This document shows, one piece after another, positions 26,701-36,525 of a DNA stretch of 64,000 nucleotides. The notes below the pieces were generated by a model that saw nothing but the letters and a program-made list of their open reading frames with translations, was not told where the DNA came from and did no database searches. The stretch's first letter is position 1, and each line of letters begins with the position of its first letter. The translations under genes were made by a program, and so were the position numbers. The stretch covers positions 249,619,741 through 249,683,740 of the forward strand of contig CM041465.1 of the NCBI GenBank assembly GCA_023213395.1, in the 5' to 3' direction. Origin of the DNA: Cycas panzhihuaensis. Taxonomy: Eukaryota > Plantae > Cycadophyta.

Positions 26701-28324
26701 GTAGACTTGAACTTTTTCAGAATAATCATCAATGAAACTGATAAAATACAAACTACCATTGAGTAAAAGTGATGACACAGTTCTATAGATATCTTGGGTG
26801 AACCGAGCCTAATGATTTAATTGCGTGCTAAGATTTCTTAGATTGAAAAGGTTTTATGAATTTTTTGTCAATAATGCAGGCTTTACATAAATATTTATTA
26901 TGTTTGATCTTTGACAACCCACGTACCATTTAAAGTCTAAACATGAAACTAAGACTCTGCATATTTAGATGGCCAAGGTATTAATACCATGGTTCGTCCT
27001 TGGTATACTTTTGAGTAGGTTGCTTTTGACTATGAGAGGATACTTCTTATATTTTAGCATGTGGGTCTTCTATAATAATTTTCTTGCCTTAATCTAGTTG
27101 ATTACACTACACAGTAGCATAAGAGTTCTAAGGTTGTACAGTAGAAAGTGGGACACCATTAAGTTTTTAGAGTTCATTGTCTTCATGTCTTATTGTAACT
27201 ACTTTACCAGTTAAGTGGTCTAAAATAGTGCATATTCCCTAACTAAAAAGTTTGCCAAAGTTCTGCTTGTTAGTTTGACTAATAAAGAGCAGATTTTGTT
27301 TTATACTAGTAACATAAAGGACATTATTTATTTGATGACAAATATTTGATTTCTTTTGGGCCATAAGAGCTTTCCCAATCTTGGCCATGTCATATACAAT
27401 GTTATCACCAAATGTGATTGTCTATGCTCATGTAGGTATGGTGTCCTTCAAGAGTTCTTTAGTGCCTATCATATGATAAGTGGTACTAGAATCTATCATC
27501 TAGGAGTTATCAACATGATAAGAAGAGAGTGTGATAAAGAATAAATTTCAGGAATCAACCTAGGAATTAACCATGTGGCCTCATTGAAATTTTCTGTTAT
27601 TTCCCTAGTTCTGATTCCTGGGTTAATTTATTAGATGTTCTTTATTCCCTCGACCATGGCCTTTATTCTATTGTTAATATGGGCCTCCTTGTTGTCCAGT
27701 TAAGTTTTGTATAGGTTACAGATTAGATTATCTTTTTTTATATTATAAGATCACATACCTAGGTTTTTCACAATATAAGTAGGTAACATTTTGTCTCCTC
27801 TATTGATTTCTTGTTTATTGAGGTGGTTGGTTCAAATTCATCGAACTAAACTATTGGGCAAGATGTTGCTGTTAAGATTGATTTCTCTCATAATTTCTAG
27901 CAGCGAATGCAGGAGCAATGTTAGAAGAGGATGTTATTCCTTGACAATTAAGGATATCTTCTTCCTTTAGTAGTAGTCCTTCTAAGGTATTGAAGTCCAT
28001 AGTCGCAAGGTCATTAGATAAACGAGAGATAAATCTATTATATGTAGAATGAAGAATATTTATGACACTAGAAACAAGGTCATAGTTAAAATGAGGAGCT
28101 CCAAGAGTATTGAGTTTGTTCCTAATGGACTTAACTTCAGTCATATGTGAGGGATAGAACTAATGAAAGGTAAGGTATATAAGCATGATTTTAGTATAAT
28201 TACTCTGGAGTCATTTTTCCACTCACAAAGGGAATATATAATGTTTCAAGTTTCATGAAAGGTATATATTGTTTAAATGTTCTGGTCTATACTATCCTCC
28301 ACAACTAAGTAAAGGAAGGATATA
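23780..28324 (-). pseudogene. Copia B gag-pol (gag, PR, INT, RT, RNase H); gag N-terminus continues at 38652-38830
   Basis: YFISFIDDYS/YFLKNK (INT, ORF 26488-26778). KCIFIGY (25695-25907). IDIKNAFIDG and YKLKKALYKLK (RT). TKYIKV..HYF (RNase H). LSGSDNYLA*KK at ~38830-38790 (gag). Confidence 0.92.
26062..26528. mobile_element. Solo LTR (467 bp) inserted in the Copia B integrase
   Basis: Interrupts GIKHKF|STPHTPQ. Termini T(a)AAAGA...TCTATCA. TSD TTGAG (26057-61) / TTAAG (26529-33). Confidence 0.85.
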
Positions 28325-28399
28325 GCTATTGTGTGTGGCTAAAAGATGACTACTACATTCTTAGGCAAACAATAGATGCAATTGGAAGCAATAATGGGT

Positions 28400-28700
28400 A
28401 TGACTGACAGTAGTAGGTGTAATTGGTGGTAGCAACAGGTATGACTAGGCAACCAATGGTGCGACAAGGTTACCAACAAGTGTGACCAAGCAACTAGTGG
28501 TGCAACTAGACATCCAAAGGTGTGACTAGGTTACCAGTAGGTGTGACTAAGTTACCAGCAAGTGTAACCAAGTTACTAATACATGTGACTAGGCAACCAA
28601 CAGGTGCAACCTAACAATAGTTGGTGTGACTGAGGCAACGATAGGTGCAACCGGGGTAACATTTTGTGTAACCAGGGCAACAATTGGTGTAATCAGGGCC
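28400..28700. repeat. 21-bp tandem repeat inside the Gypsy LTR (also at ~38040-38320)
   Basis: Unit approximately gtgtgaccaggcaaccagtag, more than 10 degenerate copies. Confidence 0.9.
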
Positions 28701-29769
28701 AAAAGTAGTTAAAAGATAAATTGTAAAATGATGTTGGTTAATGATAAAATAGTTGTAATAAGCACTTATAACCACATGTTTAGGAGATATAAGTATCAAC
28801 TATTGTAGGAATGTGTGTGTAATGTATTCTTTGCATCTTACCATCTAACTGTGGATTTTTGTAGATTATCTTAGTCTGCGTCTGGTTGTGAGAGGACCAG
28901 ACAGAGAGCCCCTAGTAATGAGGGATTGGTTTTTGTGCTCCAACTCCATTGTGTCTCTCTTTTTCTTGTGAATTCCTGTGATGCTTAGATTTAAGGTGTT
29001 AGGGTACAAGAGTAGACACACATTGGTTCCATTGTCAGATATCCAATTTAGAAGAAAGAATGACCACCCAATGATGAAAAAATATGAGAGGACTATCCAT
29101 GCCACCAAGAATTAATTTCATAAAGAGGGTCAAAACTAGACAGGAATAGAGTCAACATTGGGAGGAAGAAAGAAGCCAAGAGGGTACCTGAAAACCTAAA
29201 GAACCTATAAAAAAGAAGTAGGTAAAAATAAAGTTTATAAGGGGTAGACAAAAGGAGAGTCAAACCCCAAGAGAACTAGAGGGAGATATTAGGGAGAGAG
29301 GAGAAAAGAAAGACTCGAAAGAAATCTAGAGAGAGACTCGAGAACTTCAGGTAGAAATTTAACAAAGGTAGGTAGGGGATGAAGTCCCCGAAGAGGTAAG
29401 AAAGGAGCATGCAAATTCAGAGCAAAGGAAATAAATAAACTTGGAGGTATATAGTATCACTACAGCAGGGTGGGACTACCACATCTTTGATGTTAGAGAT
29501 TCTCACTCCCATGTATTAAATCCACTATTCAAAAAGATGGTAGAAATGATCTCAGGGTCAATGTTACTGGGAGGAAGCCTAGAGAGCACAAACAATACCC
29601 CTCTAAATCAAGGGGAAAGAAAGGGAGGAGGAATAAATTTGATGATTCCAATAAGAAATGTAAATAGGAACGCATATAGTGGCCCATTCCTAGTAGGTAT
29701 GGTAAATGTGACACAAGGGAGTGCAATAGGAGGGAATTAGATAAACCCTCCATACGTCATTATTCAATA

Positions 29770-32700
29770 TGACACAATGTTTAGACATCTTCATTTCAAT
29801 GGTTCGGGGGATCCACGGGACCATTGGCTCTCTTTTCCAACATGATGGAGATCAAAAAAATCTGAGATCTAGAGGAGATTAAGACTCATTTTTTCTCAAC
29901 ATTGAGAGGGGTAGTTATAGCATGGTACAAATATATTGCAGTGGAAAATCTAATGGGGAAATGATCTAGACATAGTTTCTGGATAGATTTCAAAGACTGA
30001 GATATCTAATGGTGATCTTTCAAGCCCTAGAAGAAATTTAGTAGATACTAGGTGAGTCAGTAAATGATTTTGATGGCAGATTGAGAATCATTATGAATAA
30101 AATGGACCCTATAATTCCTATGAATCCCATGTTATCTTTGAAATATTTAGTTTAAGGTTTATTGCCCAAATTGAAGGAAAAAGTTGTATTACATCCGATG
30201 AAGAGTTATAAGTAAGTCAAAGACTTAGCTCTCAAATTTGAAAATTAGATGAAGACATGATACTTGTAGATAGGGTTTCCAAGTATTGGACATATCTCGA
30301 CAAATGTTTTTCAGTGGGGGATAAACCCTAAGGTAGAAGTATTAAAAAAAGAAGTTGAAGCATTGAAGCAATAATCCTCTATTGTACTTCCTAGGGCAAC
30401 CTAACAAAATGAAGAAATTAAAAAATTGAAAGCATAAATAGCTAAATTAAAATTGGGAAAAATCCAGGAAAATGTATGGTGTCCCCCACCATGTGGACAA
30501 GTTGTACATTTCTAAAATAAACATCAACAAGCGATGGAGAGAAAATGATGTGAGATATGTAGGAGAGGGAACCATCACACCTAGGAATGTTATTATAGGA
30601 CACTAAGGCATGAAATAAGAGAATCTTTCTATCAAAAGAACATAGGGAATTTGTTTAAACAATATAACGAGAAGACAAAACTAATCCACTGTCATCTATG
30701 TTCTAGATGGGGTCATTTCCAGTCAGATTGTCCATTATAGAAATAAGAAGGAGAATATATTTATGAAGAATGTGGCCTAGTAGACCACAAGTGGGCTAAT
30801 TATCTAAAGAATCCTAGCTCCAAGATACAAACCTCGAATCTAGCAACAAAGATACCAGATGTAAAGCAATTTGTCTATACACATACAAGAAGTAGAAAAG
30901 TTACTTCCACACCTATAATGGAAAATTTCCCAGACCCAACATTTTAAAAAAGAAGGATGCAAGAAACGGTATAGGGCCTACAAGAGGCAATAAAGGTAGT
31001 CCAACAAGAAGAAATGAATCAAACAAATAGATATAAGGGGCAAGTATATTAGTGACAGACCACTTTTCAAGAAGAATAGTTGGAAAAAATCCCATGGTAA
31101 AGATTGCTGACAGTAAAAGACTTGATGATGGAGTCAGGAAATTCAATTCCCATTGCAATTATATTTAGATGGTGGGAGGCAAAATATTTTAAACAGGCAG
31201 CCCTGGATCAAATCGAAAAACCAGTGTTACAAGCCTTAAAGATAGACTCCATTGATCCTAAAGTCCTAATGACTCTTTTTGGACCAACAATCTATAAAAT
31301 CATTATGGACAGGGGTTCAAGAGTAAATATACTCCCAGAAACAACGTGGATCTCTCTAGGATGGCCAGAAATGGTTTCCCCAGATTATGCAATAATGTTG
31401 GTGAACCAACTACAAGTAAGGTCGATGGGAACCTTACTGCAAATTCTAGTTACGCTTACATGCATTATGGTTTGTATGGATTTTATGGTGGTGAGAATGT
31501 AAATCACAAAAAAACTTACCCAGGTCTGCTTGGAAGACCATGGCTGTTGGCCATAGAGGTATTACAAGATTGGGGGAGATTAACTTTCACCTTACATGTT
31601 GTAAGCAAGAAAGTAGTATTGCCTCTGTGTTTGGATGGACCTCGAATTGAAAAGGTAGAAGATGTAGAGATAACATTCATAATGACGATGTCACTAGCAA
31701 CTACCATAGGTCCTTGCTTAGAGACAACATTTCAAGCATCCAAAACTCCACCCCACCTTCCTAGTGAGGCATCATTGGCATATATGTTAGATTGGTTGTA
31801 AACAACATGAGAAGGAATATGAGAAGAAACTTCAAACTAATACAATTTAGAGTTATGCTAAGGGGGAGAAGCAAAATAAAAGGAAGTCAAACTTGTAGCA
31901 TAAATTGGATGCTAAATGAAGGATTCAAGTAACTCTGAAAAACTTGAGGAGTTACCTCAGTAGGGGGGAGAAAGTGGGCAAGCAAAGAAATATGTAAAAA
32001 AATTTATCAACTTTTTTAGAAATAAAATTGATGATTGGCTTTACTTATTTGTTTTGACTTTGAATGGATAAGAATTGGCTTGGCATAGAATGCATCAAAA
32101 TCATTTTACTAATTAGACATAAATGGAGAGATTATTTTTAATTTGTTTTCAAAATCTAAATAATGAATTTCTAATATTTCAAAAGAACCCCAGAAAACAT
32201 GTGGAAAGTGATGTAAACATATAATAGAGGAAGCATAGGCCCAAAAGGGAATGGGTACACTATTTCCACATATCCCTTAGAGGTACCAGTTTGAATTGGT
32301 ACCAAAGGGTAGAGGAAAAATAATAACAAGGCTAAGATTGGGAAGAAATAGTTAAGGGATTCATACAAACCTTTTCCAATTCTAAATCAAGTCAAAATAT
32401 AAGAGAATGCTATCAGATGGAAAAGTAAGAAGAGGGAGATGGAAGAAAATTTCCCTCATCTTATTCTTCCTTAGAATACAGTGAAAAAGAAATTTGCCAG
32501 ACCCCTACATATAAGTTGCAGCTGGATGGGAAGACTATCCAAAGAGATGAACTCCAACTGAGGAAAATCAATATTAGGTTGGAGGAGGATCCTAGAATGA
32601 TAACCGTAGGGGACTATTGGGAACTTGAAATAATGCAACACATAACAAAACTTTTCATAGAATATAGGGATGCCTTCGCATGGTCCTATAAGGACCTAAA

Positions 32701-35352
32701 GGGAATACCCCCTAAAATCAGAGAATATAAGATTGACTTACTAGAAAATATAAAACCAATAAGATAGAGACCTTATTGAATGAATCCTAGATATAAGGAA
32801 TCAGTAAAACTAGAATTAGACAAACTTCTAGAAGCAAGGTACATCTTTCAGGTGGAAAATAGTGAGTGGGTAAGCCCAGTAGTGGTTGTACTAAAAAAGA
32901 ATAGAAAATTGTGAGTATGCATAGACTATAGGGCTTTGAATAAGGTAATGAAAAGAGACCCATTTTTTATTCCTTTTATAGAAGATGTCCTAGAAAAAGT
33001 TGCCAAACACAAAGTGTTTTCTTTCATAAATAGATCTAGTGGGTACAACCAGGTCTAGATAGCTCTTGAAGACTAGCTAAAAACTATGTTTGTGACAAAA
33101 TAGGGCACATATGCATATAGAGTAATGCCATTTGGGCTTACTAATATACCTGCCACTTTCCAAAGAATAATCTTGAATATCTTTCGAGAGTTAATAGGAA
33201 AGCAATTAAAGTCTTATTAAACGATTGGACCATATACAACTGGATGAACAAATATCTAACTTAATTAAAAGTGATATTGGAATTGTTTAAGAAAATTTGA
33301 CTGTGTCTAAATCTAGAAAAATGTACCTTCATGGTACCAATTAGCTCCTTATTAGGCCACATAGTGGCCAAAGAAAGGCTGCTGACTAGCCCAACAAAAG
33401 TAGAAGTCATCATCAAATTTTCAGTACCTCAAAATCTAAAGAAATTAAAGGGATTTTTAGGTATGACAGGGTATTACTGTAAATTTATACGAGGGTATGC
33501 CTAAATTGCCTATCCCTTAGAATCATTATTGAAAAAAGAAAAAGTTTGGGAATGGTCACTAAAACAACAATTAGCATTTGACGTTCTGAAAAAGAAGATA
33601 GTAGAAGCCCCCATACCAAGATTTCTAAATTGGAATAAGTCCTTCCATGTTCATGTAGATGCTTCATTATATGCAATCAACTATGTATTGGCTCAACCAA
33701 CAAATGAGAAACTGGACCTTCTTATTACATCTGTAAGCAGGAAATTAACATCAACAGAACGAAATTATATAGTTACACAATGTAAGGGGTTGGGTATGAA
33801 ATTAAGTAGAACGAAATTATATAGTTACACAATGCACAAAGTTTAGGCATTATCTCTTAGCTAACCCCTTTGTATTTTTTGTGGATCACTAAGCCTTACA
33901 ATATTTAATCAATAAACCAATCTTGTAGGGGAGAATTAGTCATTGGTTGTTACTTTTTTAGGAATTTATATTCAAGATTGTAGTGGAAAAGGAGGAAAAA
34001 CACATAGTATTAGATTAATTTTCCAGAATCTGGGAAGGGGAGGCAGAAACATGGGTAGTAGATGATTTCCAAATCATAAATTATTCTATATTAAAACCAT
34101 TCCTTCGTGGTATGAAGGTATTGCAGAATATCTATCCACAGGATAGATGCCAAAAAGACTTAAGAAAGCTTAAAGGAGAAGATTCATTAACAAGGCCTTT
34201 CCATTCCAACTAATAGGAGGAACATTGTACAAAATAGGGCTATACGAAGTGCTGCGAAGATGTATATTGGAGCATGAGGTACAAAATGTGCTTAAGGAAG
34301 CACATGAGGGAGCAACTGCGACTCATCACAATAGTAAAGCAACACCACATAAGATACTATTGGCAGGATTATGGTGGCCAACCCTGTTCAAGGATTCGAA
34401 AAGATGGGTAAGAACTTGTGATATATGTCAACAAACATGTAAGCCTTTGAAGAAAAACTATCTACCTCTACATCCAATAGTAGCTCAAGCCCCATTTGAA
34501 AAATGGGGATTAGACTTTGTAGGACCAATCAGCCTGCCTGCCCAAAGAACAAATGCATGATATATTTTAGTAGCAACTGATTTTCTGACAAATGGACTGA
34601 AGCCAAGCCCATGAAAAAATGTGATGTGAGGAGCACTACCCACTTTTTGTATGAAATAATTATAGTTCAGTTTGGATATCCATTAGAGATAGTATCAGAT
34701 CAAGTGGGGGGATTTCTCAATCAAATAATTAAACACTTACCTTCAGAATTTTTAATATAGCATGACAAGTCCTCACCATATTACCCTAGAGCAAATGGAC
34801 AGGTCAAAAGTACTAACAAGATTTTGAAGATTGCTCTTATAAAAATTTGTAATGTAGAATAGGCAGATTGGGTAGAGAAATTACACTCTATCTTATGGGA
34901 TGATAGAACTACAAAGAAAAAACCACATAAGAATACACCCTTTCAGCTGGTATATGGAATGTAAGTAATAGTCTCTTTAGAATTTTAAGTGGAAAGCATT
35001 CAAGTCACACAATAGTTAAGAATAGAGACAAAAGATTCATACGACCAGTGACTAGTCTAGTTGATAAAATTGGATGAGGAATATGCCAGGCCACTATAGG
35101 AATTACAAGTAGAAAAAAGGAGGTGGAAGACATGGTATGACCAACATTTAAAAAGGCTATAGTATAAGGTAAATGATTTGGTTTTGTTATATGACAGTAA
35201 ATTTAGGATAAAACTTAGAAAAATAAAAATTAGATGGTTAGGTCCCTATAAGGTTTCTCATATTTATGAAAATGGGGATGTTAAATTAGAGCAGTTAGAT
35301 GGCAAACCACCGACCAAACTCATCAATGGTAGTAGAATAAAGTTATATAAGT

Positions 35353-35355
<3 letters not shown>
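29770..35355 (+). pseudogene. Gypsy gag-pol (gag, CCHC knuckles, PR, RT, RNase H, INT)
   Basis: FNGSGDPRDH (gag). CHLCSRWGHFQSDC. IIMDRGSRVNIL and LLGRPWL (PR). DAFAWSYKDLKGI and YRVMPFGL (RT). FHVHVDAS (RNase H). GLWWPTLFKD, PFEKWGLDFVGPI and WLGPY (INT). Confidence 0.95.

Positions 35356-35358
<3 letters not shown>

Positions 35359-35388
<30 letters not shown>
35359..35388. repeat. (AG)15 microsatellite
   Basis: Perfect AG run directly after the integrase stop. Confidence 0.97.
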
Positions 35389-35391
<3 letters not shown>

Positions 35392-36213
35392 ACAAGGACA
35401 AAGGGGACAAATTCTCCAATCAGAAGGGAATATTCGATAGGAAATTGAGTAAGGTAACAGAGGCTATATCAGCAAAATTAAGGATGGGTTGGCCTTCACA
35501 TCAATGGCAGACATCATAATGATAAGAAAAAAGGTGGTCGACTGGTAATTAACTACTGGAGGGGTGGTTCATATAATTAGTGTGACCACAAAAAATAATG
35601 ATGAAGCACGATAGCCAAAGAATATTGCAATTTGATAAAGAGATCATATGAGGAAGTAAGCAGCGACATATTGTGAGGACAATAGAAAGGAAATGAAGGT
35701 ATTTAGTCTGCAGGCATGAGAAGATTGAACTAGCATGCAGGTGAAGGCAAAAATATGGTGAGACATCAGGCGATAGACGGGCCGGTACACAGAAATAGTA
35801 GCAATGACAAAAATAATCTTGTTTAAAGAAAAGGATGACCCACATATTCATTCATAATGGTGAATAATGGGAGAAGAATATACACAGAAAAAGTTAATCA
35901 TATCTGCAAGATTCCAAAAATATATATTAGTAGGAAATTTTCCTTATTCTTTGAAATTCATGAATACTATAACTCTATTGTTACCTATGCATGCTAACAT
36001 ATTGTAGATTTTGGAAGAAACAATAGCTGTTGTGACAAGTTTACTAAAGGACGATGAACTAGTTAGACGTGATACATGGATCCCAAGAGAGGAAGTGACA
36101 AAACAAATTGGAGCTAATGAAAAAGATATCTCCAATTTAGGGATTAGAATTATAGGGATAGAGTCACTAAAGAAGAGGTTCTTAGTTCATTTTATTCTTA
36201 CTGGTGTAATATT

Positions 36214-36525
36214 TGTTGGACTATGGCTGGTTCACTTGCCAAGGAGTCCTCTTCCCAAATCACCCCGGGGCTTTTGGTGTAACGGCAAGTTACAAGTGGT
36301 ATCAGAGCCCAAGTTCAAGGTTCAAATCCCGTGCATATACCAGACAAAGCCCCTTTCCCCGCTGGGGTTCCCTTGCACCCCCGAAGCAGGTGGAATTGTA
36401 ACACAGGCGATACGTGCTATGGCGGCCTCCTCATCACGGGGGAGTGTTGGACTATGGCTGGTTCACTTGCTGAGGAGTCCTCTTCCCATATCGCCCCGGG
36501 GCTTTTGGTGTAACGGCAAGTCACA
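36214..36525 (+). mobile_element. TRIM, 312 bp: 81-bp LTRs (36214-36294, 36445-36525) and a 150-bp internal region
   Basis: TG...CA LTRs with 5 mismatches in 81. PBS TGGTATCAGAGCC at 36297-36309. PPT GGGGGAG at 36438-44. Perfect TSD ATATT (36209-13 / 36526-30). GC- and CpG-rich compared with its flanks. Confidence 0.98.
36275..36329 (+). promoter_or_regulatory. Candidate type-2 Pol III internal promoter straddling the 5' LTR and PBS
   Basis: A-box-like TGGTGTAACGG at 36275-85 and B box GGTTCAAATCC at 36319-29. The T8-to-G53 distance is 45 nt, as in tRNA genes. Confidence 0.65.

Noticed and set aside
36214-36294. Cassandra TRIM
   Set aside because: No recognisable 5S rRNA A/IE/C-box sequence in the 81-bp LTR.
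36268-36342. tRNA gene or SINE
   Set aside because: A/B boxes are present, but the T-stem and anticodon stem do not pair, and the sequence is bounded by LTRs, PBS, PPT and a 5-bp TSD.
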